Notes under the pieces: generated by a model
Databases searched by the model: none
What the model saw: only the letters and a program-made list of their open reading frames with translations
Told to the model about the DNA's origin: nothing
Program-made: the position numbers and the translations under genes
DNA from: Convolutriloba macropyga
Taxonomy: Eukaryota
Direction: 5' to 3'
Assembly (NCBI RefSeq): GCF_964194025.1
Contig: NC_134470.1
Location: 13,268,001 to 13,332,000, forward strand
Length of the DNA: 64,000 nucleotides
Shown: positions 11,901-26,800 of the stretch, piece after piece
Layout of the letters: each line of letters starts with the position of its first letter
Position numbering within the stretch: position 1 is the first letter of the stretch

Positions 11901-14900
11901 GTTAGATGATCAAACTACTAGCCAGTTTCATTTTAGTTGCAGTAGAAGAGGAGGAGGTCCTGTCATTTTTGAGACTGAATTACAGTTCACGAATATAAGT
12001 TTAAGATCGGTTAATGTGCAAGAAAAATCTAAAAAATTATTTTCAAAGTATTAACAGCCATAAAATTCAAGATCTATCAACGGAAGTCAAAAAATACACT
12101 ACGTTAGGCCTCGATTGGAGGAAAAGGATGTTTTTCATCAAAATATCACCAATAAGACATCACAAAAAAACCTATGATTATGAAAACAACGACAAATACA
12201 TGCAAAAATCAAAAATTCAGTAGAAAAGTGCGAGAAGTGCCGAAGCCATTTAAACCATAAGCGTTTCTCTAAAATCCTTATCTATGTGCCACTGGATCTC
12301 TTCCGTTAGCCAATCAGAACTATCAATATTAGGATAAAGAGATAAGATTTCAAAGGAATCAAAATTACAAAAAAGTATCCAAAAATCTTGCGAAATCCAA
12401 TAAAATTTACGAAAACTCAAGGCATGGAAGTCATAAATTCAATAGTTAGATGACAAAACCGAATACCAGATTAATTTTTGTTGCACTAAAAAGAAAGCGG
12501 TCCTGTCTTTTCTTAGATTGAATTAATGTTCCTTTAATAAATTTAATATCGTTTAATGTTCAAAAAAAATTCGAAAATTTTTTTTAAAGTCTTGACGGCC
12601 ATTAGCTGTCCATTCAAAGCACTAAATAAGTTTACCTATTGCACACTGAAAAACCGATTGCACTTTTAATTAGCGAGTTTAGGGCATAGGACTCACAAAA
12701 CTTGAAATAACAAAGAAAATCGAAATTTCATTAAAAATCTCGAAAACTCATGAGTCGAAGACAAAAAAACATGAGCGATTCCCTGAAAACGAATTTTTTG
12801 TTCATTGAGTATCATTAGATTGCAAACAAGTTTGTCATTAACAGAACCTCGATATGAAAATAACTGGTCTCTAAGTCACTAAAAAATAATAATAAATAGA
12901 AAAAATTTTCTAAAAAAAAACAGCTCTCCAAATGAATTCGAGTTTTTTTTCATAGTAAACTTCCTCACGAGACCAGAACTAGCGTTTTTATCGATCTATT
13001 GCTAACACAAAATTCTTTCATTTTGTAGCGTGAAATGTAATTTTGAAATGATATTTTTATAAAGAGCCTTAATTTGAACAAAAATTACGATGAAAGTGAA
13101 CAAAATCATGTAATTATCAATTAATCACAAAAAAATTTAAACCTCGATAACTCCTCGAAAAATACGAAATTCAAAAAACCTTTTTAATTTTGAATTCTAC
13201 GCAGGACGAGCTTTTTAATTCTACGAGCTTTTTAATGATACCACACACATTTCTCTACGATGGATATATCGATCGGCCAAAATTGTCTGAACAAAAAAAT
13301 TCATTTGAGTATATAGTTCCCCCCCAAAAGTGGGGTGGGAATAATAAAACTGTCAACGCGATTCTGTAACTCGGCTCCTTAAAACCTCTAAAAAACATAA
13401 ACCTACTAATGTCAGACGAACTGTTGAATGCTTAATTTCTGAATGCTCAAAATTGAATTCACTCAGAAAAAAGCGAAGTCAAGCGTGAAAAAGTCACTCA
13501 TAAATGAAATTGAAAAAATGTTCTCGAAGACAATGCTCGAGCAAAAATTTTGCTTGAGACACACACGTTTACAATAATTGCTTCACAACTTGGTTCGAGA
13601 GCAATAAATCTACCCAAATGATGGTGCACGCAAACATCATCACGCAAACTTAAAACTCGTATCAAAGAGAACAACAAATCTATTGGAGCACGCAAATTCA
13701 GCTGCAAAGTGGTAGCAATAAGTGAGAAAGTCCTTGGCGTGTTGGCCCGTAATCAAATGGTAGACAGTGAAAAGATGAACATGGCAAATGAAAATACTAA
13801 ACATACCCGGCAGATTGCCGGAAAATAGCCGCCGTTGATTCCAATAAGCATGATTGGGTTTGAAAGAACAGAAGATATTGAAAAAAAAAGATTTTTGTAC
13901 AAAAACATTTTTTAAGTCCGATTTATTTTGATGGCATTTCGTAGTTGAACATAACGTACTTCTGTTTCTTAGAGAGAGGCTACAGGGGTACTATCAATAC
14001 CAATAAGCATTAGAGATGGTAACTAAGACTTAGAGGAACGACGTTCAAATAGCGGGCATCTAAAATTGGGCTTTATCCCGTTTCTACTTCTGACTTCAAT
14101 TTTTTATACTGACTTTGTTCATTTTGAATTGCTTTGCTGAGCAACTGATGTTCAAAATCACTTTTAGCAGAATGAGAGAAGAGAGAAACTAGTCTAGAGA
14201 AGTCAAAAAGATATCACGCAAAATGTTGAAAAAGCGGCAAAATGAGGTAAAGCGAAAAATTTTTTTATTCGACGAAGTAAAAAAACATAGCAGGACAAGT
14301 CCTGACGTACAATTCAAAGAATTTTCATTGACTAAACAGAAAAACTAGACCTAGAATAGACTATGAGTGAATTGAGAAAACCATTTTAAAAAAATCAGAT
14401 CAAAAAATAAGAAAAAAAAAACAAAAAATCAATGTCAAAATGCCGCATGTGAACAAAAAAACCACTAGCGAGAAATGAAAATTTAATTCAAACAAAAAAC
14501 TAGCCCTAGAATGAGCTGTGAATGGATTGGGAAAACCATTTAGAAAAAAATCCGATCCAAAAAATTGAAAAAACAGTAAAAATCAGAGTGAAATTGCCGC
14601 ATGTGAACAAAAAACCACTATCGAGAAACCGAATTTTTGTTCAAACACCATTTTCGCACTCTACTTTAAAATTAGAGCGGAAAAAATTCACGTCGCAAAA
14701 CCACTCGCTTTTTCGCTCCATTTCCTGTTTCGGCGTGACCAAAATCACTACTCCAATTTGACTTCAAAAATCATGAAAATGTGTGAACAGATCTTAAAAA
14801 AAAAGACAGCGCCCCAATACAATTCAAATTCTTTGAATTGTAAAAAAAAATAGGAGCGCTATAATAGCCGGCTGAGAAGATGAGGCGGCTATTAAACAAA

Positions 14901-17900
14901 AAGGAGATGGCAAATTAAAAAGCTAAAAGCGTCAAAAACAAGTGAAAACTTGAAACTATCTAAAAACCTTGAACAAAACTTATGCTATAAAAAAATATAG
15001 GGATCCTTATACAAAAACAATGATAACTACTGATATCATCAGGAGAAACCAATCTTTAAAATAAAATTGGCAGGTTACTAGAGAATAGCTGCGATACCTT
15101 GTACACCTGCAGTCTCAAAAATAAAATGAAGAAAATAGTCTCAAAAATAAAATGAAAATATAACACGGAAGAAGAGAAGTTTCAAATTTTAAATTGAATG
15201 CTGATGATTTATGTGTTGTTTCCAATAGCTTCCCTCAAATAAACAATTAATCAAATAATCAAAATCACGCGCGAAATTCAGTCAAAATTGTACGAATGGA
15301 TAAAAAGCAGATATGAAGTGACCGTGACGTCATATGGTTGTAACAACAAGTCTTGACGACGAAATAAAAGAACCAACCAAGAGGAGACCAATAATACTTC
15401 GATGATGTATGGCCTTCATCTAGACCGATCTTATTTCCTCAATTAATCTTGAGTGATTGCAGAGGTCATTTTTTGAACGAGTCAAATCCCTAATGACAAA
15501 ATTGACTTCTTGAGATGGAATAAGTTGCATTGTTAATGAGCCAAAACTCCTCAAAATGACCTTTAACTACACCAATGATAACCAATTACTGTACATTAGC
15601 AAGGAAATAAGAGTTGCATGAATGTGAATACACAACTTCCTAAAACAGTAGTTAATGTTCAAGAAGAGATATGTCAAATTTGAAGTCATGGACATTCTTG
15701 CTTCAGCAAAAAAAACCTGCGGAATATCAAAACAGTTGTAAACTGATAACCAATAATCACCTTTTGGTCCTTAAAAATTCACGACGATACCAATGACAGG
15801 CTCGCTATCGCTCAGCGGCTACAAATAAACGAATACTAACCCAGACCAACTTGTTCACAACAATTCTGTTTACAACTGAGTTTAAGACTGGTAATTGAAA
15901 GAACGAACCTTTCGTCTCCTCGCCCGTTGCAGCTGTTCCCGATTCCAACACATATTCCACACCTAGCTGTGGTTTCTTGTAATACGTCTCATAGTATGCC
16001 AAGAGCTGTTTTAGAATGTCACCCAATCTGTCCTCTGGATCTATTTTGAAGCCCAACACGTAGCCGCCACTACTTCTGGACGATTCGATCACTAATGCCG
16101 GACCAAATCGAGAGTTCCTTACCTTCAAACAGTAAAAAAGAACAATAAAATTGACGACCAATTCGCAAATTTGAGTTATTTAAGCAGTTTTGGGAACCAG
16201 TCCGTCCTTTGCAGAGATTTTTTTAGTATGCGGTGAGCGTTCACATTTAATTTGATTGATAAGTTATGTAAAAGTAACAACAACGAGAGTTGATGAAAAA
16301 CATTACAACATGGTTGTTATTGCTCTCAACAATGCAATAGTTACTCAGTAATCTACGGCACTGAGTAGCTGATTAGAGTAATTTTCTCTCTCACTCTTCA
16401 TATAGCAAAATTGCGAAAAAAGTGACCGAACAGTTCTAATACCAAAGCCACTGTTTCAGAATTTCCTAGTACTCTTCGGGCGTTATTTCCTCTATAAATT
16501 ACAAATATGTGGTTATGCCAACCACAGTTGATTAAATGTTATGACGTCATTAAAAATAAGTGAATCGAACCTTAATATTTTTGATCTGCACCCAGGGAAC
16601 CGAGACGTTGAAGTTACTCTTAGGAGTTGCATGCCATACTATTCTCACATTGGTAATGTACATAAGACCGAGGTTGCCTTGCTCATTTGACAAATTCCAA
16701 ACTCCGTCAATCTTCTCGAACATTTGTTCCAGCGGCAACATCATCAACTCTTTCCCATCTAATATTGCACTTCTTAGCTTCAACTCTCTGTATAATTTAG
16801 TCGTTTCGTACGCTCTGTGCACACTGTAAACTGACGTGTACAATTTTGGACTTCCCGGTATTAAGTTTGTGAAAATAAACTCAAATTTTGTGCTGTTGAA
16901 TTTGGTTAGCAAGTAAAGAGCTTCTGTTTCGCCTCCGCGCAGTTTCGAGGAGGCAAACTTCTTATTGATGCTGAGTACTGTGTTCAGGCCGATAGAAAGG
17001 TTGATTTTGGGAAATTGTACCGAATGCCAAATAAGTCGTAGATTGGTAATGATTAAACGGCCTCTCGAGCCGTTGTTTCCTGCAATAATTGAAAGCTCTT
17101 GATTGGAACTTAATGTACGAGAAATTATTTTAAAGAAAAAACTTAATGTGAAAATCATTCGGTCATTGAATATTGTAAATATGTGTTTGTCACGCCCCTA
17201 TTTTGTGCCTCATAGTTACGTAATGTTTTTCCTTTAAATATCCATATAAAGTGCTATAATTTAGTTCATATTCAGATAGATCTCAAGACCATATCTAGCC
17301 AGTATTTCCATCTAGGCCTGTAACCCCCTTATTTGTTTATGTTTACTAAAAACAACCGCAGATTGACAGTTGACTGATAAACATATTAAGTACCTGAAAG
17401 CCTCAATATTTACCTTTTTGAGTTCCCTGACGATGAATTCTCATATTTGGTAAATAGCTTCATGAGAAAATATGTACTTGGCGAAATAATTATTCTGATA
17501 AAGTAGGTGCTAATACGGAAATTGTATATGTACCTAACAAACATCAAGAGACGTAAAAAAGCCGGAAATTGCCCAACTTCTAGATCAGTAAACATTTGCG
17601 AAGGACCAAAACAACTCAAGGTACAACCCTGCGGGACCTACGATCACCAGAACACTGGAGAACCAGCCTGACAATCAGTTGATAATAAAACCTGACAAGA
17701 ATCTTGAAACTTCTTATTCCATCTTTGAAAAACTTTATAATTTCTGTGAAATAATTAAAGATTGAACTGGAAAACCTTTATAAAACACCAAGTCGTAACA
17801 GGCTCCTATAGTGCAAAATTAACGTCGTACTAAGCGTCTAAAAACAGGGCAATTAGTGGATATATCATGCAACTGAATCGCTCAATAAAAGGCTATTACT

Positions 17901-20287
17901 AGCTTACTTCATTCAAATTATATCCGCTAAAAATCGCACTATGAAACAACTATAATAAGTCCATGTACAATGACGATTATTCAAGTTAATTAAACCAAAT
18001 ATTAACATCAATAACACCACGAGGAACATGCTAAAAAATAATGCGTAACAGTGTTCATTTTCCGTTAACTTTTGCTTTCTGCTATTCCGTTGCAATCCTA
18101 TCAGATAAAAGATTAAGCGACCTCATATCTCATTTGGACCTCCCGATTAGTAACCAGATTCACTTCCCACTCGGATATGAGGCCCTACTTTTTGTTTAGC
18201 TGCAACCAATTTCATATTAGCAACAATCTTTACTTCGGAGTGAGAGCAATGAGTTCACTCAAAAATGATAAACGAAAGCGTGAAAATGTCACTTTAGAAG
18301 TCAAAGAATGTTCCAGAAGAAAAGCGCAAAATGATCAACCAAAAAATTTGCAAAAAAGATTATTGCAAACCAACACGTTTACAATAATTGCTATGAAATT
18401 CATTCCAGAGCAATTAATAAGATAGACAGATCGACCACCAGTCCTTTAATAGACCACTAGACATTTTCGGTTGGATTGGGACTGTCAATTTCATGACACA
18501 TACGGTCTATAAGGAAAAAGCCCCAAAAAAGCTTTTTTAAATAGATATTCAAAATTCAAAACTCAAGAATTAGAGCATATAAATTTGGCACTACTGAGAT
18601 GCTCACTAGTGATCTTTAAGCGTAAATGTTCATAAAATTTAAAGTTCCTTGAGTCCAGAAGTCATTTTTTGAGTGAGCTCAGTCACGCAATTGACCTAGA
18701 AGCAGAAATGACGTCACGCACACAAATTTTAACTGCAAAGCAGTATAAGTCACTGAAGTCATTGAAAAAGTCAATTCCAAGAATTCAGGTCGGAAGAATG
18801 ATCGATGAAGACGACGAATTAAAAAACAAAGCAGGACAAGTCCTGACGTACAATTCAAACAATCTTCATTGACTAAACAAAAAAATAGACCTATAGCGGA
18901 CTATGAGAGAATTGGAAAAACAATTTCTAAAATATAGATCAAAAAAATTGAAAAAACATAGCTGGCAGATTGCCAGAAAATTGCCGCAATAGCTTCGTAG
19001 ATCTGCAGTCTCCAAAAAACAGTAAAAGAGACAGACCAAAAAATTAGCCTTTTCATTGAAAGCTGATATGTTATATTTTGATTTAAAATCTGTTTAAGTT
19101 TTTGCTGCCTCTATTAGCTGCTCTCAAATAACCTTCATTTAGAGTGACACATACCCATTTGACCTTATCTCTTTGAATTAAAGTAAATAAAAGTCAAATT
19201 CAAATTGAGGAAGTCATTTTTGAGAGTGAGGTGTAAGTCAAGTGTGACCAAAAATTTAATCACGCGCATGAACAAAAAAACTCGCTCCACTAAGAGCGAA
19301 AAATTAGAGTGATATACACTCATTTGACCTAATCTCTTTCAATTAAAGCAAGAGAAGTCAATTTAAGAGCGAGGAAGTCATTTATCAGAGTGAGGTAAGT
19401 CACGTGTGACCAAAAATTTAATCACGCGAATGAACAAAAAAACTAGCTCCACTAAGAGTAAAAAATGACGTCACGCACGCAAATCAGTTGAAATTGCATG
19501 AACGAATGAACAAAAAACAGATTTGAAGTGGTTGTGACGGCATATGGTCGTAACAAAAATCGCGACGACGAAATAAAAAAAAACAATAGAAGGCCAATAA
19601 TAGCCCCAGCTATCGCTGTGCGGCTATTAAAAAGTCAAAATCAAAGTGAAATTACCGCATGCGAATAAAAAACCACTAGCGAGAAAGCGATTTTTTTTTC
19701 AAACACCGTCTTCTCACTTTACTTCAAAATAAGAGCAAAAAAATTTTACCCCGCAAAACCACTTGCTTTTTCGCTCCACTTCCTGTTTCGGCGTGACCAA
19801 AATCACTACTCCAATTTGACTTCGAAAATCATGAAAATGTGTGAACAGATCTTGAAAAAGACAGCGCCCAAATTCTTTGAATTGTAGAAAAAACCACAAT
19901 GTGTCCAAAAATAGCTGCTATCGCTTCGCGGCTATTAAAATACAAATATTTCAAATTCTTCAGAGCTTTGACACAGCTTACATTTACTTTTGGTCAACTA
20001 TCTTCCTTAACATGAGCTATTCTATTAACACACGGCGTTCACTAGCAGAAAAACTGACTTGCAGTCTTAGAGTTGCATGACAAAGCGTCTCGTATGGTAC
20101 CGTTACGGTGCTGTTACCAAAACCTTAATTACATGATTGACTCGCCTTTAGTATCTTCTATAGCCTCCAGCCGATCTATGACAAATTCTCCTGCGCGGGG
20201 ACGCAGGTGGTTCTTGCCAAGATCAAACTTGACTTCCCTGTCTTCCCACAAGGACTCGTACATGTTGTCCATCACATTTTCCACCAT
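8995..20287 (-). CDS. BBS5: Bardet-Biedl syndrome 5 protein (BBSome subunit), ~352 aa
   Basis: Exons 20287-20146, 17079-16571, 16122-15909, 9188-8995; all phases consistent. Characteristic peptides: [72 protein letters not shown]...LW. The start Met could instead be 20272 or 20263. Confidence 0.95.
9398..10380. repeat. ~165-bp direct repeat pair (9398-9563 and 10219-10380)
   Basis: Near-identical gatttattgg...gtcaacctaatgat blocks on either side of the 9595-10096 MITE. Confidence 0.8.
9595..10096. mobile_element. Foldback-like MITE with 15-bp (CAGACAAAACAGTCC) subrepeat arms
   Basis: Inverted tandem arrays at both ends and an 8-bp TSD GAAGTTAT at 9587-9594 and 10097-10104. The central ~190 bp is nearly identical to the centre of 5011-5374. 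Confidence 0.85.
11110..12560. repeat. Diverged ~520-540-bp tandem triplication in BBS5 intron 3
   Basis: The motif tatgattatgaaaacaac...agtagaaaagt...catttaaaccataa recurs at about 11118, 11631 and 12171. Confidence 0.75.
13799..14894 (-). mobile_element. Non-autonomous Helentron/HINE-like element (family A) with nested family B (about 14283-14842)
   Basis: One end has AACATAC, hairpin CCGGCAGATTGCCGG and subTIR AATAGCCGC; the other end has TAATAGCCG...GCGGCTATTAA. Family B has hairpin CAGGACAAGTCCTG, subTIR TACAATTCAAAGAA and far end TACAATTCAAA-TTCTTTGAATTGTA. Inserted in A/T tracts with no TSD seen. Confidence 0.75.
18826..19937 (-). mobile_element. Nested HINE-like cluster: family C (about 18954-19630) inside family B, inside another host
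   Basis: The B start (caggacaagtcctg) is interrupted by a C element (aacatagctggcagattgccag...gcggctattaa). B resumes to ttctttgaattgta at about 19886, followed by a further aatagctgc...gcggctattaa terminus. Confidence 0.65.
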
Positions 20288-20851
20288 CTTTAGTCTTCTA
20301 TCTCAATATTGCGACCAGATATTTACATCTAAAACTCAACCAAAGCTGGACACCGCACAGCGTATAAATTAGGTTTTGTTTTCGTGATCGGACGCAGTAA
20401 ATTCCGGAAACGTATCTTGCCATCTAACATTTACTTGGCCCATCATTGTGGAGAATTACTCATTGTGGAGAATTAAGAATTCTAAGATTAAGATGGAAGT
20501 CAATACACTGTTTTACAGTACCCATATAGCTAGATTCAGATAAGAAATTATAATCATTATAGACAACAAAACATACGTTGAGAATTGCCAGCAAATTAAA
20601 CTGTGCATTACAGCAAAAGATACTTAAAGATTTCTAATTGAAAGGAAAACTATGATTGAAAAAAAATTGAGGCCCGTCTATATACTCGTTTTGGAACAAA
20701 AACTTTGTGCAAATTGCATAGATCACTTTTTAATTGAAAACATCACAATCCTGAATTTCCATATTACTTTGTCATTGAATTAAAGAGCTATTAAAATTAT
20801 TTACAGTATTTGATGAAGAAAACACGTTTAAAATTCAGTTTGCAGCAAAAC

Positions 20852-23800
20852 CTAAATCTTAGCACCAGAAAGGGAGGCATTCTTCTTCGCATTAGTCAAT
20901 AGTGACATTTCTTTACAAATGGGGTATTCGCTTTTCATTTGATCAAACGCACCTTCAAATCTGTCACAGTAATCCGCTATGAACTTGTAGTAGCTCCCAG
21001 ATTTTTCCACATTTTCTGCTTTCACATTTGGGGGCGCTATTAATTTACTCAACAGTCGAGCCATGTAAAATTTGGCCATCAAACCTGGCCGTACGTACAT
21101 TTCAGGGAACTGTTCCGGCATTTTGCCTGATTTGTCTTCGAATGTTTTTAAAAATTCGTTGAAATAATTAATAGATTTATTAATGCTCGAATTCAGTTTC
21201 TTAGCACTCGCAACTGAAACATCCTTTTTGGAAGCAAACAGATCCTTTTGTAAATCTGAGATGTCTGAAAACGTCTCGCCCAATTCGAATTGCAACTGCC
21301 TGCAGATTTGTAGATAATGTTCAGGACTCAAATTGGTAAGGGCCGAGATTAGAAGATCAGTTCTTTTCTTGTTCATTGATATCTAAACGTAAACAGTTTC
21401 AAGCCCCAAAAATTAAACTGGGAACACCATTGCTTAAATTTTGGAGTTGATTTTAGTAATATTTCTTAATATTTCCCAATACTGTGAGCCCACGGTCGCG
21501 ACGGATAGTAATAGGGGAAATATTTTAAAATCGAAATACTGACACGTTTTAAACACTCAAAACTCGATAATTATAATTCATGTAAACATTTTGTAGAATA
21601 TTACCTTTAGAGTTAGATTACCACCTTCAACAATTGTGCAGCCACGTCAATTTTAGTTTACTTTTTTCTACAATTTTTTAAATCGAAGCTTCCAGCAAGC
21701 TGGCCTATCAGTAGCCTTTAACACACTAGCTCAAGCTATCAATATGGGCAATGCAGAGACAAAGATCAGTCACAATGATAACTGCAAGAGACGCTAAGAT
21801 ATGAGCATAAATCTGCATGTGCATGTTGCGTGATCATCATTGCTCACCCAAACTGAGGGGAGCGTTGCAATAAATGCTATCAGCCAATGCGAGGGACAAA
21901 TAACCCCAATACTCTACTCGCCTAACGAGTGGTAGACGGTAAGGACTCCCATCTTTTAATCTCACCTAATGAGAGGGAGGATCAACCAATTTTACTTTCC
22001 GCACCAAAAATAAAGTCCTCTGAATTTAATATTTAACTAATGTTAAAATTATACACTAATCTTTGCAAGGTAAAGAGTATTCATAAAGGTCAGTTAGGAT
22101 TCCCAACTTCTTACAAACTAACCTTCCGTTGCAAATCGGATTCAAAATTTGCCAAATTTTTGAATAGCTGACTGTGATCTCTAATCAAGTCAAGGTAGTC
22201 TCGGCACCACTGGTTCTCAGTAAAGAAGAGTTTGGCTTGGTTGCACTTTGCCTGGCCGAAAAGGAAGACCTCCCTTGCTTCCTCAAAAGTTGAGACCTGA
22301 CTGCACGTAACCTGGAAGTTCACTCGAACATTGGGAAAACATGGCTTCACAAGATCCACGAGACGATGGTTCAAATCAAATGAGCAGAATGTTGCGTCCT
22401 GGATATCTCTCGCTGCCTCCTGAAGTATTTCATTGTAACGATCAATATAGCAAATATTTAATATTATCTGACTAACATCGGATGAATTGCTATCGGACGA
22501 CAGCCGAGCATGAGTNNNNNNNNNNNNNNNNNNNNNNNNNNNNNNNNNNNNNNNNNNNNNNNNNNNNNNNNNNNNNNNNNNNNNNNNNNNNNNNNNNNNN
22601 NNNNNNNNNNNNNNNNNNNNNNNNNNNNNNNNNNNNNNNNNNNNNNNNNNNNNNNNNNNNNNNNNNNNNATTCATTATTGGGTTTCAAATGAATTTTATT
22701 AGAGCTTATATTAGACAACTACTAAGATACAGAATTTTAAAAAAAGGTTTTAAATTTGGCACTTTTCTTTCTCACTTAAATGTTCGTAGTAAACTGCCGC
22801 AAACTCGTCATTCCTTAAAACTCTTTTGTTGACAGAACAATTTAGATCACGTAAAACTAAGAGATCAAGCGTGAAAAAGTCAAATAACTCAAGCGAGCAA
22901 AAAATACTAAACCAAAATGGTCAATCGAAAACTTTTTATTCAGAAAAGATAACAGTTACAAACAATGATTCAAACTTCGTTCGAGAGCATTTATAAAACG
23001 TCAGTGAAGTAATATGATGTCACTCGACTATGTTCAATTTAACTAGAGTGAGATCTCTCAAATTTAACACGAACCAATAATTTCTTTACTTTTCTGAAAT
23101 CAACGGTGTTGGCAAAAACGGCTAACAAAAAATAAAAAATTAAGCCCACGGCTGTATTGGTCATAACATCTCTATTCCGCCCAACCATTAAAATTGTTGT
23201 GTGGTCGGTTTGTTGGCTAAAACTCTCATTAGCTAAACCCTCTGACTGTCAATTCAGCTATTGCAAAGATAACCTAAGACGACACTAATTGTGCTCTCGT
23301 TTCTAACCTAAATGGTGTGCAAAGCTTTTTTCGAATTTTCATCAAAAATACATTGCTCAAAAAAAAACATTTCTCATCAATAAACTGTTCTCCCACTCCT
23401 TGACTGCCTTACTCGGAGGCCTGCTTGTGAGCTAAAAAGCTCGTCAGGCAACCCTATGGAGATCATTTAAAAATGTTTAAAATGACTTTTGGTTTCCCTT
23501 TCTCGCTAGTCAAAACTTAGCTTGCAGATTGCCGGAAAATAGCCGCCGTTGACGCGCTAGACGCACATCGGGATTGAAACAGAAAAAGAAAAAAGAAGAT
23601 ATAAATTGACAAAATTTTCAAAAATTGTTCTAATTCAGTATTGAGTTTCAGCTGGATTCTAAAACTATACTTAATTTAGCTTCTAAAATGAAGGGCATTC
23701 AGCTTAATACTAATGTCAGCTAGCAATCGCTCTAATAAACTTTGAACATACCCGGCAGATTGCCGGAAAATAGCCGCCGTTGATTCCAATAAGCAAGATT

Positions 23801-26800
23801 GGGATTGAAAGAATAGAAGATATTGAAAAAAAAAGATTTTTGTACAAAAACATTTTTTAAGTCCGATTTATTTTGATGGCATTTCGGAGTTGAACATAAC
23901 GTATTTCTTTTTCTTAGAGAAAGGCTACAAGGGCTACTATCAATACCAATAAGCATTAGAGATGGTAACTAAGACTTATAGGAACGACGTTCAAATAGCG
24001 GTTATCTAAAATTGGGCTTTATGGGTTTATCTCGTTTCTACTTCTGACTTCAATTTTTTATACTGACTCTGTTCATTTTGAATTGCTTTGCTGAGCAACT
24101 GATGTTCAAAATCACTTTTAGCAGAATGGGAGAAGAGAGAAACTAGCCTAGAGAAGTCAAAAAGATATCACGCAAAATGTTGAAAAAGCGGCAAAATGAG
24201 GTAAAGCGAAACATTTTTTTATTCGACGAAGTAAAAACATACCCGGCAGATTACCGGAAAATAGCCGCCGTTGATTCCAATAAGCATGATTGGGATTGAA
24301 ATAACAGAAGATATTGCAAAAGAAAGATTTTTGTACAAAAACATTTTTTTTTAAGTCCGATTTATTTTGAAGGCATTTCGTAGTTGAACATACTTCTGTT
24401 TCTTAGAGAGAGGCTACAGGGGCTCCTATCAATAACAATAAGCATTAGAGATGGTAAATAAGACTTAGAGGAACGACGTTCAAATAGCGGGCATCTAAAA
24501 TTGGGCTTTATGGGTTTATCCCGTTTCTATTTCTGACATCCATTTTTGTACTAACTCTGTTCATTTTGAATTGCTTTGCTGAGCAACTGATGTTCAAAAT
24601 CACTTTTAGCAGAATGAGAGAAGAGAGAAACTAGCCTAGAGAAGTCAAAAAGATTTCACGCAAAATGTTGAAAAGGCGGCAAAATGAGGTAAAGCGAAAC
24701 ATTTTTTCATTCGACGAAGTAAAAAAAAAATAGGAGCGCTATAATAGCCGGCTGAATAGATGAGGGCGGCTAATAAAAAAAATAGGAGCGCTATAATAGC
24801 CGGCTGAGAAGATGAGGGCGGCTATTAATAACCTAATGCACCATGACTTAACGACCGGGCTTTATCGGTTTATCCAGTTTCTTTCGATTTTGCTCTTTTG
24901 ACATTGACCGTATTCACTACATTGCGTAATTCAATGCGTGAGAATTTAGAATCCATTTAGTTGAAACAGTGAGTAAGATAAGTCAGAAGTCAAACGTGAA
25001 AATTGTGACTTACGTAATACGAAAAACGTGATCCTAATGTAAAGCGAATTAAAAAAAACATAGCCGGAAGAATTCCGGAAACGACTCGAAGTGGAAATCC
25101 ACTTGAACGCCATCCAACCACTCATCAGACAAAACATGCTTCCATTTATTTATGATTATCTTGAAAGAAAACTATAAAACAAAAAAGTAAAAAGAATCAA
25201 ATCTGTTAAAATAAGATAAAAAATCTGCTCAAATTTTGTCATAAATTGAGATCTCGAAAAAAGATTTCTACCAATATTACTTCATCAAAACAACTAGTAC
25301 CTACTAAAACCACTTATGAGATTTTTTTAAATACTTGAAGCCAAATCATGAGAAAGTAAGCTCTTACAAACAACTTGGACTAAAAATCAAGAAAAAAGTT
25401 AATAAATTTTTTAATATTACAAAAGCAAATAAATCCAACGAAAATTCCTTTCAGTCAATAGGGTATCCAGATGCTTGCAAAACAACAATAGGGAAGTCAT
25501 AATAGGCTAAAAAAACTTGCCTAAAAAAACGAAAAACTGCAAAAAAGTTCCAATTTTCGCCATTTTTGACAACACAAAAATGCCTTATATCCATTAAACT
25601 GAAAACACTTGTTATCTAAACATTGCTCAATTATTGAGGCAGTAAAACAAAACAATCGTCAAAAAATAGCACAAAAATTAGCAAAATACATAAAAAACCT
25701 CCGAATTAGCATAAAATTCAATTTAATTTCCAGAAACCTTCAAACCATTACCAAAACAAGCCTAAAATTAAAACAAAATCATAACCAAACCTCTTAACCA
25801 AAAAAAATAAAAAAATGAAAAAATTGCTTGAAAATGCCGCACGTGAACAAAAAATTTTGCTCGCTTACAGAACAAAAAACCACTCTTTTTACTCCACTCT
25901 TCATTTTGTTCAGCAAAAAAATTCCTCTAAATGTTTTCACGTGTTTCATTTCCTGCGTCAAAATTCACTCCAATACTCCTCTTCGAGTCGTAAAAAGGAG
26001 AGCACCTAAATAATAGCCGTTTGAGAGGCTGACGGCGGCTATTAATAAATCTATCTGAAGTACAGCTCCTCGAGGAATTTATTTTCCCACATTTTCGAGA
26101 CAACTTTCCAGTTTCTAGTTCTGCAAACATCGTAATCAACCTGATGTCCAGCATTGAACCACTATTTTGGGCGCAAAGACGTATTAGGTTTTCAATTCGA
26201 TATAAGTTTCACTGACCTCATAAGTCTGCCGCATTTCCTGTTCCGGTATACTTTTGAAAGTCCACGAGGAATTAAGGAGGTTGATAGCATACTTCACACA
26301 ACACCTGTCAATGTCAGCTTTACAGTGTTCGACCTTCTCCTTCGAAGATTCTTTATCCGCATCCTGTCCTTCCGGTTTGCTATTATCCTCTTCCTGCAAT
26401 GATATCTGAAGCTTCTCGAAAGCACAGTAAGCTGCATGGAGACATTCTCGTGCCTCGCTGTAGAGTTCATCGGTGACGAAACATTGGGAAAGAGTAGCAC
26501 AGTTAAGAGACCAATCCACCCAATCAACTTTCTCAACATCACCTGGAAATAAAACGACGTATCAGTGTAATTTTTATTTGCAAAGACGAAGAACTCTTAG
26601 TAAGTTCAAATGCTGTTCTACCAAAAGATAAATTCGCAAAGGTCACGGGAACATTATTTCCAAACATACCCGGCAGATTGCCGGAAAATAGCCGCCGTTG
26701 ATTCTAATAAGCATGAATGGGATTGAAAGAATAGAAGATATTGAAAAAAAAAGATTTTTGTACAAAAACATTTTTTAAGTCCGATTTATTTTGATGGCAT

